Origin: Paraflavisolibacter caeni | Lineage (GTDB): Bacteria > Bacteroidota > Bacteroidia > Chitinophagales > Chitinophagaceae | Assembly (NCBI RefSeq): GCF_025628885.1 | Contig: NZ_JAOTIF010000001.1 | Location: forward strand, 763,751 to 787,750 | Length of the DNA: 24,000 nucleotides | Direction of reading: 5' to 3' | Shown: positions 1-8,507 of the stretch, one piece after another | How the letters are laid out: every line of letters starts with the position of its first letter | How positions within the stretch are numbered: position 1 is the stretch's first letter | The notes under the pieces: model-generated | What the model was told of the DNA's origin: nothing | The model's input: the letters and a program-made list of their open reading frames with translations, nothing else | Databases searched by the model: none | Made by a program: the position numbers and the translations under genes

Positions 1-1
1 T

Positions 2-106
2 TTACCCAAAGGGATTGCACTTGTTGCGGCCGGATTGCAGGGATCGCCTGTGATGAGTTGGGGAGAGTGGGGGAAAATCGATGGAATGACGAATGGGGGA
101 GAATAG
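2..106 (+). CDS. 3' end (34 codons plus stop) of a CDS truncated by the window edge. Its position upstream of nuoH would fit nuoG, but this cannot be shown from so few residues.
   Basis: Frame 2 is open from the window edge to TAG at 104-106 and reads LPKGIALVAAGLQGSPVMSWGEWGKIDGMTNGGE*. Frame 3 stops near 51 and frame 1 runs to 118-120. The frame choice rests only on protein-like composition and operon context. Confidence 0.3.
   Translation, partial: LPKGIALVAAGLQGSPVMSWGEWGKIDGMTNGGE
83..97 (+). repeat. Copy 1 of an exact 15-nt intercistronic repeat, GGAATGACGAATGGG
   Basis: Identical 15-mer at 83-97 and 1254-1268. Both copies sit at a gene 3' end and are followed 6-7 nt later by TAGATG. 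Confidence 0.85.
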
Positions 107-154
107 ATGATAGATGGTAGAGGAGATTTGGGGTTTGGAGTTTGGAGTTTGGGG
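104..154 (+). repeat. Degenerate heptanucleotide tandem array: TAGAKGR x3 followed by TTTGGRG x4
   Basis: Read directly: tagatga/tagatgg/tagagga at 104-124, then tttgggg/tttggag/tttggag/tttgggg at 127-154. TAG-initial heptamers recur in the same 7-nt phase at 160 and 181. I counted only 5 C in 61-180. Confidence 0.85.
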
Positions 155-217
155 GCTGTTAGAGGGCTGTATGTACGGAGTAGATATAGAGTTCCTATGG
201 AGTTAGACCGCAGTAAG

Positions 218-250
218 GTCTCTATAAAGTCTCTATAAGGTCTCTATATG
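218..250 (+). repeat. Three tandem 11-nt direct repeats, GTCTCTATA(AA/AG/TG), immediately upstream of nuoH
   Basis: gtctctataaa (218-228), gtctctataag (229-239), gtctctatatg (240-250). The last unit overlaps the ATG at 248. Confidence 0.85.
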
Positions 251-295
251 GTCGGGAGGGGAAAGGTAAAAATTAGAATATTAAACATACGAAAC

Positions 296-1252
296 ATGAC
301 CGTAACACAACATGTTCTCATTGTAGTAGGGGTTCTGTTTGTGATGCTGAATATTGCCGCCGGGTTGATCTGGGTGGAACGGAGAATGCTGGCGCTTTGG
401 CAGGACCGGCTAGGACCCAACAGGGCTGGACCCCTGGGAATTTTTATTGTAGTGGCGGATACTTTAAAACTGTTTTTTAAGGAAGACTGGATCCCTCCTT
501 TTGCAGATAAGAAAGTGTTTGTCCTGGCGCCGGCCATTGTTGTGGGCAGCGCTTTGTTAAGTTTCGTCATTATCCCCTTTGCTCCGGGCATTGTGGTTGC
601 GGATCTCAATGTAGGATTGCTTTTCTTCCTGGCTATGTCGTCGATAGGTGTTTACAGCATCGTATTGGGTGGTTGGGCGTCGAACAATAAGTATTCACTG
701 TTAGGAGCATTGCGTGGCGCATCACAGATGATCGCATATGAAGTGTTTATGGGATTGAGCCTGATGGGTGTGGTGATGCTAACAGGTTCGTTTAAGCTAT
801 CAGACATTGTAGCTGCACAGCAGGATATGTGGTTTATTATCAAGCAACCTGTGGCCGCCATTATTTTCTTTATTGCTGGTATAGCCGAAACGCACCGCCT
901 GCCTTTTGATATTCCTGAAGCTGAAAGTGAATTGATTGCTGGTTTCCATGCTGAATATTCGGGTATGAAGTTCGGGATGTTCTTCGTAGGGGAATATATC
1001 GGGATTACACTGATTTCGTCTATGATGACTACCATGTTTTTTGGTGGTTGGCTGGGACCAGCCTTTCTGCCACCATGGGCCTGGTTCTTTATTAAAACTT
1101 TTGCTTTCATCTTGTTTTTCATTCTGCTCCGCGCATCATTGCCAAGGCCACGTTATGATCAATTGATGGAAACGGGATGGAAGATATTGCTGCCTCTTGT
1201 ATTGGTGAATCTGCTAGTGACGGGGGCAGTGGCCTTGTGGACCAGGGGATGA
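296..1252 (+). CDS. nuoH: NADH-quinone oxidoreductase subunit H
   Basis: Multi-TM protein with NuoH/ND1 blocks: GPNRAGPLG, FFKEDWIP, VADLNVGLLFFL, SNNKYSLLGALR, EYSGMKFGMFFVGEY, LRASLPRPRYDQ. I prefer the ATG at 296 (MTVTQHVLIVV...). The track start at 248 adds a basic 16-aa extension lying inside the 11-mer repeats. Confidence 0.93.
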   Translation: MTVTQHVLIVVGVLFVMLNIAAGLIWVERRMLALWQDRLGPNRAGPLGIFIVVADTLKLFFKEDWIPPFADKKVFVLAPAIVVGSALLSFVIIPFAPGIVVADLNVGLLFFLAMSSIGVYSIVLGGWASNNKYSLLGALRGASQMIAYEVFMGLSLMGVVMLTGSFKLSDIVAAQQDMWFIIKQPVAAIIFFIAGIAETHRLPFDIPEAESELIAGFHAEYSGMKFGMFFVGEYIGITLISSMMTTMFFGGWLGPAFLPPWAWFFIKTFAFILFFILLRASLPRPRYDQLMETGWKILLPLVLVNLLVTGAVALWTRG

Positions 1253-1253
1253 C

Positions 1254-1268
1254 GGAATGACGAATGGG
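1254..1268 (+). repeat. Copy 2 of the exact 15-nt repeat GGAATGACGAATGGG
   Basis: Starts 2 nt after the nuoH stop (1250-1252) and is identical to 83-97. Confidence 0.85.
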
Positions 1269-1276
1269 AAATGTAG

Positions 1277-1828
1277 ATGTTATTATATACGGTTGACTTT
1301 AAAACTATTTCTATGTTTAGTCACATTCGCACGATCTGGTTGACGTTTTTACACCTTTTCAAGAAAAAGGTCACAATAGAGTATCCTGAGGAAAAAGTAA
1401 AACTACATCCGCGTTGGAGGGGAAGGATCGTATTAACCAAAGATCCTGATGGCGGTGAGCGCTGTGTCGGGTGTTATTTGTGTGCTGCGGCCTGCCCGGT
1501 TGACTGCATTGCATTGCAGGCAACTGAAGATGAAAATGGACGCCGTTACCCGGAGTTTTTCCGCATTAACTTTTCCCGGTGCATCTTTTGTGGCTTTTGT
1601 GAAGAGGCCTGTCCTACCTATGCCATCCAGTTGATACCGGACTTTGAAATGGGCGAATACAAGCGCCAGAATTTGGTATTTGAAAAGGAAGACTTACTGA
1701 TCAATAGCCAGGGCAAATACCCGGGATATAATTTTTACCAGGTAGCAGGCATCCAGGCCGGCGTTAAGGGGAAAGGAGAAGGGGATAATGAAGAGCCGCC
1801 TGTTGACGTGCATAGTTTGTTGCCCTAA
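1277..1828 (+). CDS. nuoI: NADH-quinone oxidoreductase subunit I (2x[4Fe-4S] ferredoxin-type)
   Basis: Two CxxCxxCxxxCP motifs ([24 protein letters not shown]) and the block [16 protein letters not shown]...[11 protein letters not shown]. The start is uncertain between 1277 and the internal ATG at 1313. Confidence 0.93.
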   Translation: MLLYTVDFKTISMFSHIRTIWLTFLHLFKKKVTIEYPEEKVKLHPRWRGRIVLTKDPDGGERCVGCYLCAAACPVDCIALQATEDENGRRYPEFFRINFSRCIFCGFCEEACPTYAIQLIPDFEMGEYKRQNLVFEKEDLLINSQGKYPGYNFYQVAGIQAGVKGKGEGDNEEPPVDVHSLLP

Positions 1829-1915
1829 ACCCTAACCCTCCCGTAATGACGGGACAAACTCTGCTTTGGTGGTACCAGCTCTAAAGGGGAGTGTTAGAAA
1901 ACAGAAACTAAAAAA

Positions 1916-2515
1916 ATGAATGTCTTATTTTATTTATCATCAGCTATCGCTATTGCAGCGACAATTATGGTTATTACGCGTTATAAACCGATCCATGCGC
2001 TGTTGTACCTGGTCGTTTCGTTTATGGCTGTAGCCATGATCTTTCTTTCGCTCGGTGCGCCGTTTGTTGCTGTCCTTGAAATCATCTTGTATGCAGGTGC
2101 GATCATCGTATTGATGATTTTCGTTGTGATGATGCTGAACCTGGGCTCAGAAACCGCACAACAGGAAAAAGAATGGCTACTGCCAAAAGTGTGGTTAGGT
2201 CCATCCATACTGTCATTGGTATTATTGGGAGAGATCATTTACCTGCTGCTTCGTTCAGGAACGGGTAATGCATCTTTTATCTTCATCGATTCAAAAAAAG
2301 TGGCCCTGTCACTATATGGTGAATACATCATCGCCGTAGAGTTAACGGGCTTCCTGTTGATGGCTGGTATCGTTGGTGCTGCCCATATTGGTAAGCATAA
2401 GAAGAAACATTTGCACCGGTTCTTGCAGGAAGAGGAAGTTAGTACCAAGATAGAGGTAAGAAGCACGAAACCTGAAGATGAGAAACAGACTAAACCAGTG
2501 GCGTATAAGCCATGA
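1916..2515 (+). CDS. nuoJ: NADH-quinone oxidoreductase subunit J
   Basis: Hydrophobic protein with PIHALLYLVVSF and LEIILYAGAIIVLMIFVVMMLN blocks, in operon position between nuoI and nuoK. It has a charged C-terminal tail. Confidence 0.9.
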   Translation: MNVLFYLSSAIAIAATIMVITRYKPIHALLYLVVSFMAVAMIFLSLGAPFVAVLEIILYAGAIIVLMIFVVMMLNLGSETAQQEKEWLLPKVWLGPSILSLVLLGEIIYLLLRSGTGNASFIFIDSKKVALSLYGEYIIAVELTGFLLMAGIVGAAHIGKHKKKHLHRFLQEEEVSTKIEVRSTKPEDEKQTKPVAYKP

Positions 2516-2588
2516 AATAGTAAAGATCTCATGCTCTGAAACACCGTTGAACCAGACGTATATACTTTGAACTCCAAACCATATAATC

Positions 2589-2918
2589 ATGCCCTTTAAC
2601 CCTCAGGCTGTATTGATTGTTGCCGCTATACTTTTTGTGTTGGGATTGGTTGGTGTGCTGACAAGAAAGAACATCATTTTCATCCTGGTTTCAGTTGAGA
2701 TCATGCTGAATGCCGCGGGACTTGCTTTTGTAGCCGCCGGAGCGAGGTGGGGACAGCCTGATGGACAGGTGATGTTTTTGTTCATCCTTGCAATGGCTGC
2801 TTCCGAAGTTTCTGTTGGACTGGCATTGGTAATGCAAACTCACAGGCAACACAAGACATTGGATGTTCAGGAGCTTAGGGAATTGAGAGATAAGACGGAA
2901 GAATACTCATCAATATAA
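2589..2918 (+). CDS. nuoK: NADH-quinone oxidoreductase subunit K
   Basis: 109 aa with three TM segments. Blocks: ILFVLGLVGVLTRKN, VEIMLNAAGLAFVAAG, GQVMFLFILAMAASEVSVGLAL. Confidence 0.9.
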   Translation: MPFNPQAVLIVAAILFVLGLVGVLTRKNIIFILVSVEIMLNAAGLAFVAAGARWGQPDGQVMFLFILAMAASEVSVGLALVMQTHRQHKTLDVQELRELRDKTEEYSSI

Positions 2919-2936
2919 CAAGACAAATTATGCAAT

Positions 2937-4826
2937 ATGAATAACCTGCTTGCATTAATTCCTGCTTTGCCATTGGCTGGATTTTTAATACTATCTCTTA
3001 CGGGCAGGCATTTGCCTAAAAGCATTATTGCAGGAATTGGAGCCGGTTCTGTAAGCGCTGCAGCCCTGATCACCATTTTCATTGGTATGCAGTTTTTACA
3101 ATCACCGCCTACCGGGAATGCCTATACTCAAACGTTGTGGCAATGGATGCAAACGGAAAACTTTTCCGCGGGCATTGATCTCCGGATGGATGCATTGACA
3201 CTTGTATTTGTGTTCATCATCACTTTTGTCGGGGCCTTGATTCACATTTATTCAACCGCTTTCATGCGTCACGACCGTGACTATGCACGCTTTTTTGCCA
3301 GCATGAATTTGTTTGTCTGTTCCATGCTGCTGCTGGTAATGGCAGATAACCTGGTGCTGATGTATTTAGGATGGGAAGGGGTAGGTTTGTGCAGCTTCCT
3401 GCTTATTGGCTTCTGGTATGAAACACCGGCTAATGTGGCTGCAGCTAATAAAGCCTTTTACATTACACGCATTGGTGATACAGCAATGGCTATTGGCCTC
3501 TTCCTGCTGTTCCGTGAATTAGGAACGCTGAACATTCCTGAAATCATGACGCAAGCGCCCGCTCACTTCCAGCCCGGTGCTTCTAATGTTACATGGATTG
3601 CTTTATTACTACTGGCAGGAGGAATGGGTAAATCTGCCCAGTTGCCTTTGCAAACCTGGTTGCCGGATGCCATGGCAGGCCCATCGCCAGTGAGTGCGTT
3701 GATTCATGCAGCAACCATGGTGACTGCCGGTGTATACCTCATTGCCCGTATGCATGTGGTGTTTCAATTGTCGCCCGTGGCTATGGCTGCAACAGCAGCT
3801 ATAGGTGCCATTACTTTGTTTGTGGCTGGCTGTAGTGCAATGGCGCAAACTGACATCAAACGCATCCTGGCTTATTCAACTATCAGCCAGATCGGTTATA
3901 TGTTCCTGGCCTTAGGTGTAGGAGCATGGAGTGCAGGCATCTTCCATTTCTTTACCCATGCCTTCTTTAAAGCCCTTTTATTCCTTGCTGCGGGCGCTGT
4001 TATAGAGTCGTTGCACCACGAACACAACATCTTTAGAATGGGAGGGTTGAAAGACAGGATGCCTGTTGTATTCTGGACTTTCCTGGCAGGTGCAGCAGCA
4101 TTGGCGGCATTGCCTTTGATCAGTGCCGGCTTTTACAGTAAAGACCAGATCTTGTGGTATGCCTGGAGTGCTCAAAATGGAAATCCTATGCTATGGTTGG
4201 TTGCCATTGCCGGTGCTTTAATTACTGCTTTTTATACAACCCGCCTGATGATTGTGGTATTCTGGGGCGATATGAAGACCCATATTGGTGAGCGTCCTGG
4301 TAAAGCGATGACCATCCCGCTTATGATCCTGGCCGTTTTAAGTATTGTTGCAGGGTTTATTGAGTGGCCACACAACCTGGTACATCTTTCTTTATTCTCT
4401 GACCTTGTTCAGAGGTATCTGCCCGAAACATTGTTACAGGAAGGGCACCCTCCTGAAATTATCTTTCAACTGGTAGCAGCTGCTGTTACACTTTTAGGGG
4501 TGTATGCCGGTTATGTTTTGTATTACAAGAATACTTCGATTCTTGAACAATGGAAGGCATCTCCTGCGATGTTGAGTTTGCGGAATTTCTTTTATAAGGG
4601 CTGGGGATTCGATGACTTATATGACACTGTATTTGTAAGACCGTTTTACTTTCTAACCCGTATCAATAAAAGTGATGTTTTTGACCTGTTGAACAAGGGT
4701 ATTGCCACTACCAGCCAGCGCTTGAATGAATGGTTCTCGTTTTCTCAAAACGGTTCATTGCGCTGGTATGTAGTGGGTGTGCTGATTGGGATCATTTTCG
4801 TTTTGGGGCTGCAGATATGGGGGTGA
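2937..4826 (+). CDS. nuoL: NADH-quinone oxidoreductase subunit L (antiporter-like)
   Basis: 629 aa. Blocks: LMYLGWEGVGLCSFLLIGFWY, GKSAQLPLQTWLPDAMAGPSPVSALIHAATMVTAGVYL, DIKRILAYSTISQIGYMF, HAFFKALLFL, and the long C-terminal lateral-helix region. Confidence 0.95.
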   Translation: MNNLLALIPALPLAGFLILSLTGRHLPKSIIAGIGAGSVSAAALITIFIGMQFLQSPPTGNAYTQTLWQWMQTENFSAGIDLRMDALTLVFVFIITFVGALIHIYSTAFMRHDRDYARFFASMNLFVCSMLLLVMADNLVLMYLGWEGVGLCSFLLIGFWYETPANVAAANKAFYITRIGDTAMAIGLFLLFRELGTLNIPEIMTQAPAHFQPGASNVTWIALLLLAGGMGKSAQLPLQTWLPDAMAGPSPVSALIHAATMVTAGVYLIARMHVVFQLSPVAMAATAAIGAITLFVAGCSAMAQTDIKRILAYSTISQIGYMFLALGVGAWSAGIFHFFTHAFFKALLFLAAGAVIESLHHEHNIFRMGGLKDRMPVVFWTFLAGAAALAALPLISAGFYSKDQILWYAWSAQNGNPMLWLVAIAGALITAFYTTRLMIVVFWGDMKTHIGERPGKAMTIPLMILAVLSIVAGFIEWPHNLVHLSLFSDLVQRYLPETLLQEGHPPEIIFQLVAAAVTLLGVYAGYVLYYKNTSILEQWKASPAMLSLRNFFYKGWGFDDLYDTVFVRPFYFLTRINKSDVFDLLNKGIATTSQRLNEWFSFSQNGSLRWYVVGVLIGIIFVLGLQIWG

Positions 4827-4859
4827 TATATGGCACTTTAACTAAACAAATCTTTTTTT

Positions 4860-6374
4860 ATGATACTTGCCTGGATGATCATCATATTAATGGCTGGGGG
4901 GCTTATTTGCTGGTTGTTGGCTCGATGGAACAAAGAGGTAGTGAAATGGGTGGCGCTACTGGCTGTACTGCTCGATCTTATATTGGCTTGCAGCATCTGG
5001 TGGCAACATGGTGGCGTTCCAACAAGTGGCGCCAATGCATGGCTGATCGATTATAAGGCGGCATGGGTGCCTACATATGGCATCAGTTTTCACATGGCTG
5101 CGGATGGGCTGAGCCTGGTGATGTTATTGCTTACTTACTTTTTGGGTACACTGTCTGTACTCTGTTCGTGGAATGAGGTGAAAGGGAGAATAGGATTTTA
5201 TTATTTCAACCTCTTATTTACACTGACAGGTATCAGTGGCGTATTTGTTGCCTTGGACCTTTTCTTATTCTACTTCTTCTGGGAAGTAATGCTGGTACCA
5301 ATGTTCTTTTTGATTGCCATTTGGGGCGACAGCAACCGGCGTTATGCTGCCTACAAGTTTTTCATCTTTACACAGGCTGGTGGTCTGCTTATGCTGATCT
5401 CTATATTGGCTTTGTATTTTATTGCATCGGCTCAAAACGGCGCTTTTTCTTTTGATTATACCGACCTGTTGGGTACCACCATGCAGGCTTCTACTGCCCG
5501 TTGGATCATGCTGGGATTCCTGCTGGCCTTTGTTATTAAGTTGCCAATGGTCCCATTCCACAACTGGCTTCCTGATGCCCATAGTGAAGCACCTACGGCA
5601 GGTAGTTTGATCCTTGCCGGTTTGTTGTTGAAAACCGGTGCATATGGAATCATCCGTTTTGTATTGCCCCTCTTTCCACAGGTAACGGCTGATGTTGCCT
5701 GGTGGGCAATGCTGTTAGGAGTTGTTGGTATCATTTATGGAGCGCTGCTGGCCTTTGCACAAACCGATATCAAGCGGTTAATTGCTTACACTTCTGTCAG
5801 TCACATGGGCTTTGTCCTGGTAGGCATATTTGCTTTCAGGGAGATGGCGATGCAGGGCGTGGTGATGCAAATGGTCACACATGGTATCAGTACGGGCGCC
5901 TTGTTCGTATTAGCGGGCATGTTGAAAGAACGTTTACACACGAGAGATATTGGCAGGATGGGTGGTTTGTGGACCTCTATGCCGGCAATGGGAGGTGTCG
6001 CAATGTTGTTTACTATGGCTTCGCTGGGCTTGCCGTTCCTGGGCAACTTCATTGCGGAGTTTCTGATCCTGATGGGCAGTTTCGGAAGCAACGTGGTCAT
6101 CACTGTCCTGGCAACCTTGGGACTGGTATTTTCGGCACTCTACTCCCTGCGACTATTGCAGAAAGTTTTCCTGGGGCAACCATCATCACATATAAGTCTG
6201 CCTGATTTAAGTATGCGCGAAATGTTGATAATGGCTTCGCTTACTATTGCCATTGTGTTGCTTGGATTGTATCCACAACCTGTAATGAACCTTGTTTCTC
6301 CGGTCATTAAAGGAATGGAGAAAAGCGTCAGTTTTGAAATGAACAATCATCAATCTGTAATCTCAATCCCATGA
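4860..6374 (+). CDS. nuoM: NADH-quinone oxidoreductase subunit M (antiporter-like)
   Basis: 504 aa. Blocks: FYFFWEVMLVPMFFLI, KLPMVPFHNWLPDAHSEAPTAGSLILAGLLLKTGAYG, DIKRLIAYTSVSHMGFV. Confidence 0.95.
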   Translation: MILAWMIIILMAGGLICWLLARWNKEVVKWVALLAVLLDLILACSIWWQHGGVPTSGANAWLIDYKAAWVPTYGISFHMAADGLSLVMLLLTYFLGTLSVLCSWNEVKGRIGFYYFNLLFTLTGISGVFVALDLFLFYFFWEVMLVPMFFLIAIWGDSNRRYAAYKFFIFTQAGGLLMLISILALYFIASAQNGAFSFDYTDLLGTTMQASTARWIMLGFLLAFVIKLPMVPFHNWLPDAHSEAPTAGSLILAGLLLKTGAYGIIRFVLPLFPQVTADVAWWAMLLGVVGIIYGALLAFAQTDIKRLIAYTSVSHMGFVLVGIFAFREMAMQGVVMQMVTHGISTGALFVLAGMLKERLHTRDIGRMGGLWTSMPAMGGVAMLFTMASLGLPFLGNFIAEFLILMGSFGSNVVITVLATLGLVFSALYSLRLLQKVFLGQPSSHISLPDLSMREMLIMASLTIAIVLLGLYPQPVMNLVSPVIKGMEKSVSFEMNNHQSVISIP

Positions 6375-7813
6375 CCTCAGTCCAACTCCTTGCCTTACTT
6401 CCCTTTATGCTGTTAGCAACAGCATCCATCATTGTGATCCTGCTGATCGCTTTCAAGCAGTCTCATACTGTTATCCAGGTAACTGGTTTTTTAATGATGT
6501 GCAGTGTCATCCTGGCCATGTGGTATGTGCGTGATGTGTTGCCTGTTGCTGTGCTTCCTTTGCTGGTAGTAGATGGCTTTGCCGCCATATTTACGGGTAT
6601 GATCATTTTCTCCGTGCTGGTGGTTGGTTTGTTTTCCTTCATCTATTTCGAAGAGCGGGAAGAAAATCCTAAAGAGTATTATATCCTGCTTTTCCTGAGT
6701 ACACTTGGAGCCGCTGTATTGACCATCAGCCGGCATTTCATTTCACTCTTTATCGGTCTGGAGCTGTTGAGTGTCAGTTTATATGCATTGATCGCTTACT
6801 TGCGTACCCGCAACAATGCTGTTGAAGCGGGTTTGAAATATCTTGTATTGGCGGCTGTATCTTCGGCCTTTTTGCTCTTTGGGATGGCATTGATCTATAT
6901 GGAAACAGGCAGTATGGAATTCAATGCAATAGCCCAGAAAACAGGTACAACTCTTTCTCCTTTATTTGTGACAGGGGTAGGATTGATGGTTGTAGCCATT
7001 GGCTTTAAACTGGCCATAGTGCCGTTTCATTTGTGGGCCGCTGATGTGTACCAGGGCGCACCTGCACCCGTGACTTCATTTATCGCTACTGTTTCAAAGA
7101 TTGGTGTATTTGCTGTTCTGCTCCGTTTTGGACAGGCTGTTCATTTGCAGGCCAATTCCCTGGCCTTTACCATTTTTGCCGCACTGGCAATACTTTCCAT
7201 GATTGCTGGTAACATCCTGGCCCTGCGGCAGGATAATATCAAGCGGTTGCTTGCTTATTCGTCTATTGCTCACTTTGGTTATCTGATCGTTGCATTCCTG
7301 CCCGGCAATGAGGCAGGTGTTGAAGCCTCGATGTTTTACCTCCTGGCTTATTCCATTACTACACTGGTAGCTTTTGGAATCATCACACTCTTATCTACAC
7401 GAGAAAGGGATGCAGAAAAATTAGAAGGTTACCGGGGGTTATTCTGGCGTCATCCTATACTTGCCGCAGTTTTAACTGTTGCCTTATTATCCCTCGCAGG
7501 TATACCACTTACGGGTGGTTTTATCGGTAAGTTTGCTGTGCTGACTTCCGGCGTACAGCAGGGTTTATGGGCGCCGGTTATTGTGTTGGTTCTTACCAGC
7601 GTTGTGGGGATCTATTACTACCTGCGTATACTGACTACATTGTTTGCGGAAGCGCCATCAATTGCTAAAAAAGAAAAAGTGCTGCATCCATTTTTTTACA
7701 ATGCCATGTACGCAGCACTGATTGTTCTTGCCGTCATACTCTTAGGCATTGGTGTTTTCCCAAGTGGCGTAATGAATGGAATTAAAGAGTTCCTGGCTAT
7801 TGGTGGTCAGTAA
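6371..7813 (+). CDS. nuoN: NADH-quinone oxidoreductase subunit N (antiporter-like)
   Basis: 480 aa. Blocks: KLAIVPFHLWAADVYQGAPAPVTSFIATVSKIG, NIKRLLAYSSIAHFGY. Its start overlaps the nuoM stop (ATGA at 6371-6374). Confidence 0.93.
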   Translation: MTSVQLLALLPFMLLATASIIVILLIAFKQSHTVIQVTGFLMMCSVILAMWYVRDVLPVAVLPLLVVDGFAAIFTGMIIFSVLVVGLFSFIYFEEREENPKEYYILLFLSTLGAAVLTISRHFISLFIGLELLSVSLYALIAYLRTRNNAVEAGLKYLVLAAVSSAFLLFGMALIYMETGSMEFNAIAQKTGTTLSPLFVTGVGLMVVAIGFKLAIVPFHLWAADVYQGAPAPVTSFIATVSKIGVFAVLLRFGQAVHLQANSLAFTIFAALAILSMIAGNILALRQDNIKRLLAYSSIAHFGYLIVAFLPGNEAGVEASMFYLLAYSITTLVAFGIITLLSTRERDAEKLEGYRGLFWRHPILAAVLTVALLSLAGIPLTGGFIGKFAVLTSGVQQGLWAPVIVLVLTSVVGIYYYLRILTTLFAEAPSIAKKEKVLHPFFYNAMYAALIVLAVILLGIGVFPSGVMNGIKEFLAIGGQ

Positions 7814-7863
7814 GGTTGGTATGAAAGTTTTAAGGAATTTTATGCAAGAAAAAATACTTTATT

Positions 7864-8436
7864 ATGAAAAGATTATTTGTAATCAAACTATTATTTGTTC
7901 TATTGTGTTCTCAATTTGTGTTGCTTGCTTGCAGTAATGAAAAGAAAACAAGCAGCAGCAACAAAGAAAGCAGTATGCAGGGTGGAGCTATAGCTACACT
8001 TGCAGGCACAAAACCTGATACTGCTGTAACAGGAACTGTTCAGTTTGAACAGATGCAGGGCGGCAAAGTGAAAATGAAACTGGATATATCTGTTCCCACC
8101 AAAGCCAATCAAAGTGTGGCGGTGCACATTCACGAACATGCAGATTGTGGCGAAATGGGAAAACATGCCGGGGGACACTGGAATCCCACCAACAGTAACC
8201 ATGGCAAGTGGGGCAGCAGTTCCTTTCATTCAGGTGATATAGGGAACATAAATTTAGATGCCAGTGGCAAAGCAAGCATGGAGCTGGAATCAGACTTGTG
8301 GTCAATTGGCGGAGATCCTAAAACGGACATCCTCAACAAGACCATTATTGTACATAGTGGTGTAGATGATTATACTTCCCAGCCTTCAGGTAATTCAGGG
8401 GAAAGGATTGGCTGTGGGGTGATTCAAAAACAATAA
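7864..8436 (+). CDS. sodC: Cu/Zn superoxide dismutase, predicted lipoprotein
   Basis: Signal peptide with a lipobox-like VLLAC (Cys23). Cu/Zn-SOD blocks: VHIHEHADCG, GGHWNP, HSGDIGNI, IVHSGVDDY...GNSGERIGCGVI. Confidence 0.9.
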   Translation: MKRLFVIKLLFVLLCSQFVLLACSNEKKTSSSNKESSMQGGAIATLAGTKPDTAVTGTVQFEQMQGGKVKMKLDISVPTKANQSVAVHIHEHADCGEMGKHAGGHWNPTNSNHGKWGSSSFHSGDIGNINLDASGKASMELESDLWSIGGDPKTDILNKTIIVHSGVDDYTSQPSGNSGERIGCGVIQKQ

Positions 8437-8453
8437 GGATGCAGCAGTAGAAT

Positions 8454-8489
8454 AACAATAAAGCCCACTTTCCGGTGGGCTTTATTGTT
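8454..8489. terminator. Bidirectional intrinsic terminator between convergent sodC and tonB
   Basis: Perfect 15-bp inverted repeat: aacaataaagcccac (8454-8468), loop tttccg, gtgggctttattgtt (8475-8489). The stem bases are A/T-rich, so the RNA on either strand carries a U-rich tail. Confidence 0.8.
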
Positions 8490-8507
8490 ACCTGTTTCAA
8501 TGAATGA

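Noticed and set aside
83-250. The tandem repeats considered as a CRISPR array, as telomere-like TTTGGGG repeats, or as a G-quadruplex element.
   Set aside because: The units are 7-11 nt with no spacers, so this is not a CRISPR array. There is no linear-replicon context. Only two runs of four or more G occur in the array, so G4 formation is not well supported.
248-295. Upstream-extended starts offered by the ORF track: nuoH at 248, bioB TTG at 9551, bioF at 10554, sialidase-like GTG at 21360.
   Set aside because: The extensions add atypical basic or Cys-rich residues, overlap repeats or the preceding gene, and precede an ATG that gives a canonical N-terminus or signal peptide.
2398-2918. Charged C-terminal tails of NuoJ (about 40 aa, Lys/Glu-rich) and NuoK, considered as possible novel extensions.
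   Set aside because: As I recall, E. coli NuoJ and NuoK also end in charged tails of similar character. The tails therefore fit the enterobacterial-type assignment rather than a novelty.
244-7813. Many antisense or alternative-frame ORFs inside the nuo genes, for example 244..609 -, 652..1122 -, 1449..1634 +, 3609..3848 -, 5702..6205 +, 5801..6103 -.
   Set aside because: All are nested in strongly conserved membrane-subunit genes. They have odd compositions (Cys/His/Arg/Gly-rich, low complexity) and no recognisable motifs. They are typical shadow ORFs.
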